Shown: piece after piece, positions 9,018-19,744 of the stretch
Position numbering within the stretch: position 1 is the stretch's first letter
Layout of the letters: every line of letters starts with the position of its first letter
Assembly (NCBI GenBank): GCA_965222155.1
Contig: CBDCTH010000012.1
Coordinates: forward strand, 3,296,001-3,360,000
DNA from: Gammaproteobacteria bacterium
Lineage (GTDB): Bacteria > Pseudomonadota > Gammaproteobacteria > Eutrophobiales > Eutrophobiaceae
Direction of reading: 5' to 3'
Length of the DNA stretch: 64,000 bases
The notes under the pieces: generated by a model
What the model was told of the DNA's origin: nothing
Database searches by the model: none
What the model saw: only the letters and a program-made list of their open reading frames with translations
Made by a program: the position numbers and the translations under genes

Positions 9018-11762
9018 TCATGAAGATACCTCATGAATACGGCACAGGGGTTGTTGGTCGCAGTGGTCGCAGGCGCCGCGCTTCGGGGTGACCGTGGCTA
9101 CGCCCTGACGGAATTCGGTTGCCAGGTCTTGCAACACGATGCGCCAGTTATCGAACAGATCCTCCCAGGAAGGCGCTGTTTCAGCCGGCCCCGCCTCGTG
9201 CTCAGGAATAAACCTTTGCGCCTGGCGGTCCTGCTCAAAAGCCTTGGTTCCCGGCAGGATATCCCCGGTTTCTGCCAGACCTGCGAAACCGAAATCTCCC
9301 CCCCGCTTCAGTCTGGCGAAGGCAACGGCGGCGACGACTCCGGGGTGGGTAACGGCATATAACGGCATTTGCGGCTCATCGGGCCGGTCTGTTGCCCAGG
9401 CATTGACATTGGCCTTGCCGCTCTTGTAATCGATGATCACGCGCCGGCCGTCCTCCAGAGCGTCAACGCGGTCCAAGCGGGCGGAAAATTCCACGTCGGC
9501 AATGGCATACCGGGCTTTTCTCTCCACGTTGACGACGCTAAACGGCGCCCGTTGCAGTTCCAGTTCCAGCCACTCGCGCAGCACCTGCGCCAGCCGCCTG
9601 GTTTCAATGGCGCAAAATCGCTGCGTGAAGATCAGAGGGTTATATCTGCGGGAATCCGTTATCAACTCCTGTACCCGGGATTCGATCAATTGCTCCCGTT
9701 CTTCCATGGTCATGGCTGCGAGCCTGTCCCGGCTTTCCAGTTGCGACCAGATATTTTCCATGAGCTGGTGCAACAGGGTGCCTCGTTGCGCCGCATCCAG
9801 GCCGATGTCTGCTTCGGCCAACTCCCGGGAATGTAAACGATGTCTGGCAAAGGCCCGAAACGGGCATTGGGACTGATCCCGGAACAGGTCCGCGCCGCCG
9901 CCGGCATAAAGGCTGGTGATGGGCGGTGCTGTCGTATCTACAAAGGTTTCCATAGTCCCGTTGTCGAAAATCACCTGCGAATACGGTTTTATCTCCGTCC
10001 CTTGCTTCGACTCGTTGACCGGTGTTGGCCTGTCAATAAGGTTAGCCGCTTCAGTTACCCCTTGTATCGTCACGTCGGTAAGTGTCGGGAGGTCACGCAA
10101 CAGGGGACTCCTCAGGAGTGGCCTGTCCCCCTCATTGCGGGAATGGCTCAGGATAATATTCGGCGTGGAACCGACCAGCGCCTTTTGCAGGCGCTCGGCC
10201 TGTTGCAACGCGTTGTCTGCGTCGGCGCCCGGAATCCCGTACTTTTTCTGCAAGGCGATAGGGATGAAGGGATTGGGTATGGGTCGGGGCGGCCAGGTCT
10301 CTTCGCTCAACCCCAGCATCCAGATATGATCCAAGGCCATGGCCGCAACACCGTGGGGATCAAGGATCTGTACCGGGGTTTCCGCAGTTTCCGGTTGAAA
10401 GCCGAGCCTCGTGGCAATACGGCGTATATGGGACAGCGCCTCAAAGCGGGACATGACCGGGCTCACCTTGCGCAGGGAAACAAAGCTGTCCAACACCGAA
10501 TGCCACGATTGCACCTGCTGATATTCAGCGCTGTCCAGCGTGCGTTCTCCAGGCCAGCCGAACAGCTCCAGGAAAACCGTAAAGCTTTCAGTCCAGGCCT
10601 CCGGTGGTTGTCGTGCCGGCAGTTCCTCCAGGGCTGAACCCGCTTCGCGCAGTATGCTCGTCAGGGTCGGGATGGCTTGTCCTTTGTCAGCGGCCGCGTC
10701 AGCGAAGTAAAGCACATCCGTCAGGGTAAACGTGAGTTGCTTACGGGAACGGAGTTTTTCATCCAGTAATGCGCGTCCGGCGCGTTCCCGGTCGTGGCCT
10801 TTGATAAACGGCGTACGCAACAGGACGCCCAGGGTTTCCAGCGCCAGCGCCGCCTTGTTCAACCCGAGAATGGAGAAGATTACGTGGATAAGCGGATAAT
10901 CCGCCAGCGCTTGTCCCATTGAGATACTGAAGGGCAAGGGCGCCGCTGCCTCCCGATAGCTCAGGTTTCCGGGCGCCAGGATATCCTCAAAGATATAACG
11001 AATGTGATTGCGTAGTTTGCGCAAATCCGGTACGAGAATACCGATAGTGATCTCACCGTTCTCTTCAATGAGCCGGCGCGCCCAGCCGGCTGCAGCCCGG
11101 ATTTCTTGATCTGCGTCTGCAAAATCCGCTACCTGTGCGGAGATGTTCCGATCCTCTATCGGACACTCGTCCACGGGAATCCCGGCGGTCTTCATTCCCT
11201 TGCATAACATTATCTGTTGCGGGGTTAACTGGTCAAACCCGGCCAGAGTCACTCCACGGCCAAAGACACCCGGGTCCGTGGCTGCATCAGGACGCAGTAT
11301 TCCCGCCAGTGACGCGTTATCGATCCAGTTGTTATGTCGGCAGCGCGACTGGAATTCGTCCACCCAGGATTTGAAGGCAAAAATGTCCTCATTCATGGGT
11401 GTGCCTTCGGGGAAAATCGGGACGTTGTATTCTTTCAGGCGTTGCCAGGCGCCGACGGCCTGCTCTGCCACCGAGGATATTTGCAACAGATTGTCCCTAT
11501 AATCGGAATCCTCGATGATTTGTTGCCAGAGTACGCTTTCCTGATCGCTGGACAGCAAGAGTTTGGTGACGCCGTTACGTTCACGGCGGGAATTCCAGCA
11601 GTGCCGCAACCATGCCCGATACGGCAGTATATCCGGGGTCTCCCAGGCGCGCCGACCCTGGCGCAACTGCTCCTGTGCATACAGGTGTTTCAGGCGATGC
11701 GCCAGCCGAACATTGGCGCAGACAACGGTATGACCGCGCTCAATATAATCGTTAACGCGCAT
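9018..11762 (-). CDS. addB: AddB-like inactive helicase / PD-(D/E)xK nuclease with Fe-S cysteines
   Basis: QCPFRAFA, RLDRVD, IIDYKSG, PQMPLYA and CDHCDQQPLCR; adjacent to addA. Confidence 0.85.
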   Translation of the reverse strand: MRVNDYIERGHTVVCANVRLAHRLKHLYAQEQLRQGRRAWETPDILPYRAWLRHCWNSRRERNGVTKLLLSSDQESVLWQQIIEDSDYRDNLLQISSVAEQAVGAWQRLKEYNVPIFPEGTPMNEDIFAFKSWVDEFQSRCRHNNWIDNASLAGILRPDAATDPGVFGRGVTLAGFDQLTPQQIMLCKGMKTAGIPVDECPIEDRNISAQVADFADADQEIRAAAGWARRLIEENGEITIGILVPDLRKLRNHIRYIFEDILAPGNLSYREAAAPLPFSISMGQALADYPLIHVIFSILGLNKAALALETLGVLLRTPFIKGHDRERAGRALLDEKLRSRKQLTFTLTDVLYFADAAADKGQAIPTLTSILREAGSALEELPARQPPEAWTESFTVFLELFGWPGERTLDSAEYQQVQSWHSVLDSFVSLRKVSPVMSRFEALSHIRRIATRLGFQPETAETPVQILDPHGVAAMALDHIWMLGLSEETWPPRPIPNPFIPIALQKKYGIPGADADNALQQAERLQKALVGSTPNIILSHSRNEGDRPLLRSPLLRDLPTLTDVTIQGVTEAANLIDRPTPVNESKQGTEIKPYSQVIFDNGTMETFVDTTAPPITSLYAGGGADLFRDQSQCPFRAFARHRLHSRELAEADIGLDAAQRGTLLHQLMENIWSQLESRDRLAAMTMEEREQLIESRVQELITDSRRYNPLIFTQRFCAIETRRLAQVLREWLELELQRAPFSVVNVERKARYAIADVEFSARLDRVDALEDGRRVIIDYKSGKANVNAWATDRPDEPQMPLYAVTHPGVVAAVAFARLKRGGDFGFAGLAETGDILPGTKAFEQDRQAQRFIPEHEAGPAETAPSWEDLFDNWRIVLQDLATEFRQGVATVTPKRGACDHCDQQPLCRIHEVSS

Positions 11763-11763
11763 T

Positions 11764-12543
11764 TTACTGGGAAAGTCGGCGGGCCAGGGACTTCAACTTG
11801 GTAATTCGTTCAATCGAAGACGGGTGTGAACCGGAAAACCCTCCGGACAGGTGTTTGGTTTTTTTGAATACCAGTTCCTGCAGACGCACCGCCCCATTAG
11901 GGTCGTAACCGGCTTCAACCGCCCAGATTGCGCCCAGGTAGTCTGCCTCACGTTCATTGTCACGACTGTATTTGGTGTTGGATGCTGTCATTATGTCGGT
12001 TCTGCGCCTGGTCTTATTATCTTCGCCGTGATTTAACTTAAGATGGCCCAGTTCATGACCGATCAGGGCGGCGGCCATGTGTACGTCCAGACCCAGTAAA
12101 TCGAGCATGCCGAAATTGATGCCTACTATGTTGATTTCTACGGCGTTTTCTTCATCGATCGGTTTTGTATCCTTGATAGCTTTTCCCTGCAGGCTTGTTT
12201 CTTCACTGCCTGTTTCGGCTTCACCCTCAACGCCGGCATCTACCGGCACCAGTTCAGCCATGCCCTTGGTGGCAAAGGCATTGGGTGTTTCGCCATTAGT
12301 AATGATCAGTTCCGACCTGAGTTCCGAGACTTCCTCGATGGCCTGCATTACCGAATAAAGATAGATCATCTGCTTTGCGTCTATCCTCTTCAGCAGCCTG
12401 TTTTTATTATCACGTAACTCGACGGTCTCGGCATTTGTCCGGGCGAGGTCTTCAATCTTCCAGGTGTAACTGAACGGCGCGGCAAGGCCGTGGCTTGAGA
12501 TTAGTAGCACCAGACAGGCGCTCAGGACAGTCTGTTTAATCAT
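11764..12543 (-). CDS. M48 family metallopeptidase, exported
   Basis: PNAFA, HELGH, YSRDNEREAD and SHPSSIERI; signal peptide from MIKQ. Confidence 0.88.
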   Translation of the reverse strand: MIKQTVLSACLVLLISSHGLAAPFSYTWKIEDLARTNAETVELRDNKNRLLKRIDAKQMIYLYSVMQAIEEVSELRSELIITNGETPNAFATKGMAELVPVDAGVEGEAETGSEETSLQGKAIKDTKPIDEENAVEINIVGINFGMLDLLGLDVHMAAALIGHELGHLKLNHGEDNKTRRRTDIMTASNTKYSRDNEREADYLGAIWAVEAGYDPNGAVRLQELVFKKTKHLSGGFSGSHPSSIERITKLKSLARRLSQ

Positions 12544-13002
12544 GAATGTTATTTCCCATTGCCAGAAAACCGGTAAACCGACCACCCGTACACATCAATC
12601 TTGACTTTGGATTGGAGAGTAATTTAATTGTATGATCAAATTCAGCAGTAGGTAATTTCGACAGGCTTGCTACCAGCCTATTTTGATGTAACTGGGTAAC
12701 ATAACGTTCTACACGCTTTCTCTGAAGTTTCCGTAGTTGGATTTTTCACAATACATGGTTTTTTCTGCTTAAACACGTAAAAAAACATATTTTAGAATGT
12801 ATTATAGAGAATCATAGCGGTACTGCCCCTGAGGGGCAAATTACAATGAATTAGCCGAAGATATTGTCACAGAACCGCCTATACCCTATTATTACCTGAT
12901 CGGGTGCGGGAACATTTAGCACTGATCCCTATCTAACTTTAACGTGGTATACGCAGTGGATGTTTGAACTATAATTTACTAATCGGGTACGGGGATGAAC
13001 TT

Positions 13003-13887
13003 ATGAATTTCGCTAATGTTGTGGGTGGAGCGCTACGATTCTCAGTCATGATTTCCGTGATGGCGCTTGTCACGGCCTGCAATACGACACCTGCCGTTCG
13101 ATCGTCAGGGGCTCCAGGCTCACCAGGGGCTCCAGGCTCACCAGGCCCATCTGGTTCGCCGGGTTCATCGGGACCTTCCGTTCAGGTAGGGGTATCGGGT
13201 ATGCCGCAAGTGCCGGGGTTACCGGGTCAGCCCACGGCCGGCTCAGGGGGAACACCGGATACTCCCGTCCCCGGCAGGATCTCAATACCCGCTACGCAAA
13301 CCGGCGAGAGTAATTTACCGAACGGGTCAGGATCTACTGCCGAAATGGGACGAGAAAAGACCGATGATGAAATCCTCGCCGAAGCTTTGCAGGAACTCAG
13401 GAAAAGGCGTGAGCCGGGGCAACAGGGCGCAGGCGCTGCCGGGCAAATGCCCCGGGCCGGCGCAGGCGATTCGGCAAAGACTGATACAGAGAAGAAACAG
13501 GCTCTCGGCAATGAACTGGAAGAGGGCTTTTCAGAATTTGACAGCCTGATGCTGAGTGAACAACAGGCCATTAATGAACAAGCCAACCAGGAAGGGTACG
13601 GTGGTTTTCTCGAAGGCGATGATTTTCCCGGAGAGAGCGACCCTGCACAGGGCCTTGGGGAGGAGCCATTGCAGACGGCAATGGTCGACTCTGACCCTGT
13701 GTCTATTAAGGGCGAGGGGAATATCCCGACCAGAAGCCACAGCCAGGTTCCTCCTGATCTTGTTGACGCCAAGGGAGACGATATCATCGCCCGTCAACTG
13801 CGTGAGGCCGCCATGAAAGAACAGGACCCCGAGTTAAGGGATAAACTCTGGGATGAATATCGTAAATACAAGCGAGATTTAAGATGA
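13003..13887 (+). CDS. Lipoprotein with Gly-X-Y low-complexity segment and helical C-terminus
   Basis: Lipobox LVTAC; GAPGSPGAPGSPGPSGSPGSSGPS; C-terminus DDIIARQLREAAMKEQDPELRDKLWDEYRKYK; ATGA overlap with the next gene. Confidence 0.75.
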   Translation: MNFANVVGGALRFSVMISVMALVTACNTTPAVRSSGAPGSPGAPGSPGPSGSPGSSGPSVQVGVSGMPQVPGLPGQPTAGSGGTPDTPVPGRISIPATQTGESNLPNGSGSTAEMGREKTDDEILAEALQELRKRREPGQQGAGAAGQMPRAGAGDSAKTDTEKKQALGNELEEGFSEFDSLMLSEQQAINEQANQEGYGGFLEGDDFPGESDPAQGLGEEPLQTAMVDSDPVSIKGEGNIPTRSHSQVPPDLVDAKGDDIIARQLREAAMKEQDPELRDKLWDEYRKYKRDLR

Positions 13888-15077
13888 AATCAAGTCATGT
13901 AAAGCTGGTTACAGCAGTTGTTTCACTGTGTTTCAGCCTGGTCGGCTGTAACACAACCACGGTAAAGTCGGCCAGTTATGAGAAGGTGGTGCTGGAATCG
14001 GAAGTAACACCGGAAGAATTACTGCTGGACGTGGGAGTTGGTATTTTCAATCCCGGAACTGATGCCTTAAGTGTAGAGGAAGAAGGTGTGTTTCCTAAAA
14101 TACGCGAGGCTGAGGCGCGTTTTATGCCGTACAAGCTGATGGAAACCCTGCAGCATACGGGTAACTGGGGTGTGGTGCGGTTAATCCCGGACCGGTTAAG
14201 CGAAATGGACGTGTGGGTGGATGGTGAAATCCTGAAATCGGACGGTGAAAACCTCTGGTTGCAGGCAACGGTGGAAGACTCTACGGGAAAACGCTGGTTC
14301 AGCAAAAAGTATACGGGATTGGCCGGCAAGTACTCGTATGATGACACTACAGCAAACCGCAGTGAACCGTTCCAGAAGATCTATAACCAGATCGCAAACG
14401 ATATGCTGGCTTATCGCAACCAGTTCGATGCCGCTGGAATCAGTAATATACGCACCGTTGCCGAACTGAAGTTCGCCAGGGACTTTTCTCCGGATGTGTT
14501 CCACGATCACCTGGGTGTGGATAAAAAGGGACGTTATTTCGTTAAACGCCTGCCCGCCGCAGGTGATCCGAGTATGCAACAGATCCGTCAGATCCGGGAA
14601 CGTGACTATATATTTGTCGACACGCTGCAACAGTATTATGCCTCGTTTGTCAACCAGATGGAGGACCCGTACCGGGAGTGGCGCGAAGCCTTCTACCTGG
14701 AAAGTCAGGCTTTGAAGGAAGTCAAATCCGAAGCGAACGCCCGGCTGGTCGGTGGCGCCCTGGCGGTGCTGGCCGGGATACTGGCCCAGGGGGTTGACAG
14801 CCGTACTGCACGGACAGCCGGCTGGGTAGGCATAGGCGCCGGCGCTGCCGCGATCCAAAGCGGCCTGCAAAAGCGTGAAGAGGCCAAGATTCACGTGGAA
14901 GCACTGGAGGAAGTTTCCGCTTCCCTCGATTCAGAGATAGAACCCCACTCCATAGACCTGGAGGACCGCACCGTCACTCTTTCCGGTACGGTAAACGAGC
15001 AATACGGTCAATGGCGCCGGATACTGAAAGAAATTCATGCAACGGAAACCGGGTCAGCCACTGATGCCGGCAAATGA
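13884..15077 (+). CDS. Uncharacterised lipoprotein
   Basis: Lipobox SLVGC; glycine-zipper-like GGALAVLAG...GIGAGAAA; overlaps both neighbours by 4 nt. Confidence 0.8.
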   Translation: MKSSHVKLVTAVVSLCFSLVGCNTTTVKSASYEKVVLESEVTPEELLLDVGVGIFNPGTDALSVEEEGVFPKIREAEARFMPYKLMETLQHTGNWGVVRLIPDRLSEMDVWVDGEILKSDGENLWLQATVEDSTGKRWFSKKYTGLAGKYSYDDTTANRSEPFQKIYNQIANDMLAYRNQFDAAGISNIRTVAELKFARDFSPDVFHDHLGVDKKGRYFVKRLPAAGDPSMQQIRQIRERDYIFVDTLQQYYASFVNQMEDPYREWREAFYLESQALKEVKSEANARLVGGALAVLAGILAQGVDSRTARTAGWVGIGAGAAAIQSGLQKREEAKIHVEALEEVSASLDSEIEPHSIDLEDRTVTLSGTVNEQYGQWRRILKEIHATETGSATDAGK

Positions 15078-16639
15078 CGGATAGCAAGGATTCCGGTTTT
15101 GTTCCCATCAAGCCGGTGGCTGTCGACCTGACTGCCGCCGCAACACCGCAACAGCAAAAAAGCAGGCGCTTCGGCAAACAGCCTTTATTATGGCTGGGAG
15201 CCGGCGCGGCGCTGTTGATTGCAATCAGCGTTATTTTCCTGCTTCCCCATTGGGTGGAGAAGCCTGTCATGGAGCCCGGCAATGCGATCAGCCTGACCCA
15301 TCCTGATGAGTCCGGTCAGGGAATTTCCCCTGGGAGTGCGCCACAAGTGGCAGGGGGTACGTCTCCGACGGGTGATGCTCCGTGGGGAAAAGCGCAACAA
15401 TTCTCTCAGCGTAAAGAGAGCCAGGAAATACTGGGGCAGTTGCTGGAAGCACAGAAAATTCTGCAGGAAAGGGGCGTGACCGTGTGGGGCAAGAAGGAAT
15501 ATGCGCGGGCGATAGAACAGGCCAAGTCGGGTGATGCAGAATACAGCCGGCAAAATTTCTCCCAGGCCCATGACCATTATGCGCGGGCACTGGATATTTT
15601 TACCGGGCTGCTGCAAGGCATGGAAGAGTTGTTTACCGCAACGATGGAAGCCGGCGATATTGCATTATCTGCAGGTGATGTCGCTGCGGCCCGTGAGGCT
15701 TTCAGCATCGCCCTCGCCATTGATCCTATTGACCGGACCGCTCTGCTGGGGATGGAACGAGCCGGGACCCTGACTGAAGTCATAGCCCTGGTTGACAGGG
15801 GAGATGTGTTGTTGCGCGCTGGAAAAGCCGAACAGGCCAAAGCACTGTATCAGCAGGCGCTGGCGCTTGATGGCTACTCGGACCGGGCAAGACAACAGGT
15901 GCAGTTGGCTGCAGACAGAATCAACGAGAACGCATTCAACCTTGCCATGTCTTCCGGCTTCCGGTTGCTTGAACAGGGGAGCTATGCGCAGGCGCAGGAT
16001 GCGTTTTCCAGGGCGCTGAAGATAAAACCCCGGTCGCGTGATGCGCGCAGCGGGCTCGACCAGGCGCAACATCGTATAACCGCTGGAAAAATCAACGCGT
16101 TACTGAAACAGGCCGAAACAGCAGAGCAGAATGAAGACTGGCAGGAGGCCGTATCCGGCTATGACGCTGCCCTGAAACTGGACAACAACCTGGGCAATGC
16201 GCGGGAAGGCAAACGACGAGCAACCCTGCGCAGCGAAATACACAATAAGCTGGAGCAGGTACTAGCCCGGCCTGAGCGGCTGTTTGATCGAAACGCGTTT
16301 AACGAGATCGTCAGTTTCCGTGACAAAATTCAGGCGCTCTCCGAACCCGGGCCGGTGCTGACCGGGCAGTTGGCAAAACTCAACCAGTTACTGAGGTTGG
16401 CCGATACGCCCGTTACCGTACAGCTCAGGTCCGACAACCTGACTCGGGTTACCCTCTACAAGGTCGGCGAACTCGGTTATTTCACCAGCAAAAGCCTGTC
16501 ATTGCGCCCGGGCTACTACGTGGCGGTCGGACATCGTGACGGCTACCGTGACGTGCGCGTTGAATTTTTTGTTGGCCCGGACCAGGCTATGGAACCCGTC
16601 ATTGTCAGCAGTGATGAAAAGATAGCCCTGGGACGTTAA
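15074..16639 (+). CDS. Membrane-anchored TPR protein with C-terminal beta (PEGA-like) domain
   Basis: One TM helix; TPR-type motifs (AFSIALAIDP, YQQALALD, AFSRALKIKP); LRPGYYVAVGHRDGYRDVR. Confidence 0.8.
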   Translation: MTDSKDSGFVPIKPVAVDLTAAATPQQQKSRRFGKQPLLWLGAGAALLIAISVIFLLPHWVEKPVMEPGNAISLTHPDESGQGISPGSAPQVAGGTSPTGDAPWGKAQQFSQRKESQEILGQLLEAQKILQERGVTVWGKKEYARAIEQAKSGDAEYSRQNFSQAHDHYARALDIFTGLLQGMEELFTATMEAGDIALSAGDVAAAREAFSIALAIDPIDRTALLGMERAGTLTEVIALVDRGDVLLRAGKAEQAKALYQQALALDGYSDRARQQVQLAADRINENAFNLAMSSGFRLLEQGSYAQAQDAFSRALKIKPRSRDARSGLDQAQHRITAGKINALLKQAETAEQNEDWQEAVSGYDAALKLDNNLGNAREGKRRATLRSEIHNKLEQVLARPERLFDRNAFNEIVSFRDKIQALSEPGPVLTGQLAKLNQLLRLADTPVTVQLRSDNLTRVTLYKVGELGYFTSKSLSLRPGYYVAVGHRDGYRDVRVEFFVGPDQAMEPVIVSSDEKIALGR

Positions 16640-16656
16640 CTCGGATGATCACGGCC

Positions 16657-16689
16657 ACAGAGCCTGCCCCTGCACGTCGTAAGCAGGGG
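16657..16689 (+). repeat. Short palindromic element ACAGAGCCTGCCCCTGC-N-GCAGGGG (copy 1)
   Basis: Other copies at 21541, ~36166 and ~36314; a related inverted form at ~36444. Confidence 0.8.
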
Positions 16690-16705
16690 GGCACAGACAA
16701 AAACG

Positions 16706-18787
16706 ATGGATGAGAGGACAAAGAATCCGGTAACAAACTCCCGTGCCGGCGCCCGAATTGAAGCGGCGAAGTTTGAACCGCTGAGGTCTGAAAGGACCAC
16801 CTGGACTGTTGCGCTTAATGCGCGGTTTTGCCTGATTATTGTTCTGCTTGCAGTCGGCGTGTTCAGTGCCTGGTTTATGTTGACCGCCAAAGCGGTATAT
16901 ATTGAAACTGAGCCGTTGAATACGAATGTCGATATATCCGGTGCTCTGAAGCTGAAACTGGCCAATCGTTATCTCATACGTCCCGGCACTTATGATCTTG
17001 GTCTGTCTGCACAGGGTTATCGCCCGCTGCAGGAAAGACTCGGTGTCACCGAAGAGGCGGCTCAGCATTATATTTACCGGCTGGAGAAACTGCCTGGACA
17101 CTTACGGATTGACAGCGGCGAAATAACGGGCGCCAAAGTACTTATCGATGGTATGGGCAGAGGAGAAACGCCTGTTACCATCAGGGACCTCCCTCCCGGA
17201 GAATATCTTGTGGAGATCAGGGCGGAGCGACATTTCCCTTTGCGCGCGGAAATTACGCTGGAAGGACTCGATCACGAACAGTCCGTCAGTGCTGAGCTGA
17301 AGCCTGCGTGGGCAAAGATCAGTTTCGCTTCGGAGCCATCTGACGCACAGGTATTCAACGGAGATGAACTGCTCGGCAGGACGCCCCTGACGGCGGAATT
17401 GCTGGAAGGCAAACACAATGTCAGGATTAAGGCAGCAGGCTATAAAGTCTGGCACGATACGATGGCAGTGGTCGCGGGGACACCACAGTCCTTCACCGAT
17501 ATCAAGCTGGAGCCGGCGGATGCCACCTTATTCCTGGTGTCCAAACCGGCACGAGCCAATGCCACCATCAATGGGAATTACCTGGGTTTGACACCGTTGG
17601 AAGTGCCCCTGACGCCGGGACAGACCACTCATGTGCGGTTGTTCAAGCAAGGTTACAAACCAGCGGCCAGGTCCCTGACCGCTGCATCAGGCGAACGGAA
17701 GAAACTGTCTGTCACACTGGAACCGGAACTGGCCTCCGTAGCAGTCAGGGTCGAACCTGAAGATGCATCTGTGTACGTTGACGGAGCACTGGTCGGGATG
17801 GCTGACCGCACCCTGCGGTTATCGACCAGCAAGCATCGTATAGAGATCCGCAAGCAGGGTTACGTGGATTACAAGACCACCCTGACACCGCTTGTGGGGG
17901 TTGAACACGAACTGAACGTGCAACTGAAGACCATCAAGCAGGCAAAACTGGAAACCATCAAACCGGTGATCACGGCGCCGGCCGGACCGGCACTGAAGCT
18001 GTTTTACCCGGGCGCTTTTACCATGGGAGCGTCACGTCGGGAGCCGGGGCGCCGGGCTAATGAGACCATTCGCAATGTCAAGCTGACGCGGCCCTTTTAC
18101 CTGGGATTGAAAGAGGTGACAAACAAGGAATACAGGTTGTTCGACAAGGGCTTTTCATCCGGTATCGTGCGCGGTAACAGTCTTAATGGAGAGACCCAGC
18201 CGGTAGTCAACCTCACGTGGCAACAGGCGGCAAGTTATTGCAACTGGCTGAGCAAACAGGCTTCGTTGAAGCCTTTCTATATTGAAAAAGAGGGCCGGAT
18301 TACAGGTTTTGACAAAACGGCCGACGGCTACCGCCTGCCGACGGAGGCGGAATGGGCCTGGGCGGCGCGGGTCACCAATACAGGTGAGATACTCAAGTTC
18401 CCTTGGGGCGGGGAGTTGCCGCCCGGGAAAAACAGCGGTAATTTTGCCGACCGTAAGGCAGCGGCCTTGTTCGGCAGGATCATCGGCAACTATGATGACG
18501 GTTATGTGGCCAGCGCACCGGTGGGCAGCTTCACGCCTAACGACAAGGGAATATTCGACCTGGGCGGCAACGTCGCGGAATGGGTTAACGACTACTACGA
18601 CGTTGTGATCAACGCCGAGAAAAAAGTTGAGGTTGACCCCGTGGGACCAACAAGCGGAGAGTTCCACGTCATGCGCGGCTCAAGCTGGGCCCACGGCGCC
18701 ATTACCGAGCTGCGCCTGTCGTTCAGGGACTACGGCAGTAAGTCAAGGCAGGATGTGGGCTTCAGAATAGCCCGTTATGCGTATTAA
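16706..18787 (+). CDS. PEGA-repeat + FGE-sulfatase (SUMF1-like) domain membrane protein
   Basis: N-terminal TM; several PEGA repeats (GETPV, GRTPL, GLTPL); FTMG, YRLPTEAEWAWAAR, DLGGNVAEW and VGFR. Confidence 0.9.
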   Translation: MDERTKNPVTNSRAGARIEAAKFEPLRSERTTWTVALNARFCLIIVLLAVGVFSAWFMLTAKAVYIETEPLNTNVDISGALKLKLANRYLIRPGTYDLGLSAQGYRPLQERLGVTEEAAQHYIYRLEKLPGHLRIDSGEITGAKVLIDGMGRGETPVTIRDLPPGEYLVEIRAERHFPLRAEITLEGLDHEQSVSAELKPAWAKISFASEPSDAQVFNGDELLGRTPLTAELLEGKHNVRIKAAGYKVWHDTMAVVAGTPQSFTDIKLEPADATLFLVSKPARANATINGNYLGLTPLEVPLTPGQTTHVRLFKQGYKPAARSLTAASGERKKLSVTLEPELASVAVRVEPEDASVYVDGALVGMADRTLRLSTSKHRIEIRKQGYVDYKTTLTPLVGVEHELNVQLKTIKQAKLETIKPVITAPAGPALKLFYPGAFTMGASRREPGRRANETIRNVKLTRPFYLGLKEVTNKEYRLFDKGFSSGIVRGNSLNGETQPVVNLTWQQAASYCNWLSKQASLKPFYIEKEGRITGFDKTADGYRLPTEAEWAWAARVTNTGEILKFPWGGELPPGKNSGNFADRKAAALFGRIIGNYDDGYVASAPVGSFTPNDKGIFDLGGNVAEWVNDYYDVVINAEKKVEVDPVGPTSGEFHVMRGSSWAHGAITELRLSFRDYGSKSRQDVGFRIARYAY

Positions 18788-18948
18788 CCCGTATTATCCC
18801 GCATATCACCAAAAGACGCGTTGAGCGTACGTTGGTGCTTTCGGGCACCTGTGTAGAGACTCACGTATTGCCCTTCCACAGCTCGGTTTCGTCCCCTTTT
18901 ATGTGGCAGTGATACAATGTGAAACGTAGAATAATCAGATAAACAGCT

Positions 18949-19719
18949 ATGGGCAGTAAACTCAAGTACACGATGGGAAATCCCGGCGATATCATCAAGC
19001 ACGGTCTACTGGCCGAGTTTGTTGCCTGGTGGGGCGAAGCTCACAACAATCGCATCTTGCGGTTTGCTGACCCGTTTGGTGGCTGTCCGTGGGGTAATAT
19101 TGAAGAACCTGTTAAAAATAGATTGGAGATATTATCAGGAACCATTCTTGCTCAAGCGCAGAATAACGGCGGCAAGGGTAGAAAGTATTTAGGTTCCGGT
19201 CATTTGGTTCAGCAAGCAGCAAAAGATTGCGGGGTTGATGTTTGTGTTCTTGTATCAGATAAGGATGAAGGTGCGCGGTGTGATCTGATAGATTCGGGTT
19301 TGGATCTCATAGAACCCCGCCTGCCGGGTGATGATGGCTATGGAATTCTTGATGCCATGTACCCGCAAAAATATGATTTGATATTATTGGACCCGTACAG
19401 CGATTTTTTATTAAACGAATACCAAAATAAAAACAAGCGGTTTGATCAAATTCAAAATGAAGTAAACAGGAATTCCGAATTGTTTATAGCAGTTTTTGTT
19501 TTGGATATGGATACCAATAATACAATCGGTCGGAATTTTGCCAATTACAAAGAATCCCAATTATCGGATTGGGCTTTTTCCATCCGCTGTCCTAAAATGG
19601 AAAATTCGAAGTACGATTGGGAGATTTTGCTTATCAGCCGACAAATCAAAGAACGTAAATGCAAGCACGTCATCACGAACGTCTGCAAAGTTTTGCCGGG
19701 CAGACTGAAGGTGCATTGA
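18949..19719 (+). CDS. Divergent RlmJ-like SAM-dependent methyltransferase-fold protein
   Basis: GNPGDIIKH (cf. RlmJ GNxADVxKH), ADPFGG, YLGS and LILLDPY; AT-rich; 3' end possibly frameshifted. Confidence 0.55.
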   Translation: MGSKLKYTMGNPGDIIKHGLLAEFVAWWGEAHNNRILRFADPFGGCPWGNIEEPVKNRLEILSGTILAQAQNNGGKGRKYLGSGHLVQQAAKDCGVDVCVLVSDKDEGARCDLIDSGLDLIEPRLPGDDGYGILDAMYPQKYDLILLDPYSDFLLNEYQNKNKRFDQIQNEVNRNSELFIAVFVLDMDTNNTIGRNFANYKESQLSDWAFSIRCPKMENSKYDWEILLISRQIKERKCKHVITNVCKVLPGRLKVH

Positions 19720-19744
19720 AAACACCATTGGAATTATGGGGCGG

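Noticed and set aside
18787-18880. Possible IS end (ACCCGTATTATCCCGCAT) at the left edge of the RlmJ-like cassette
   Set aside because: No matching inverted end or transposase was found; only a weak resemblance to the end at 56761.
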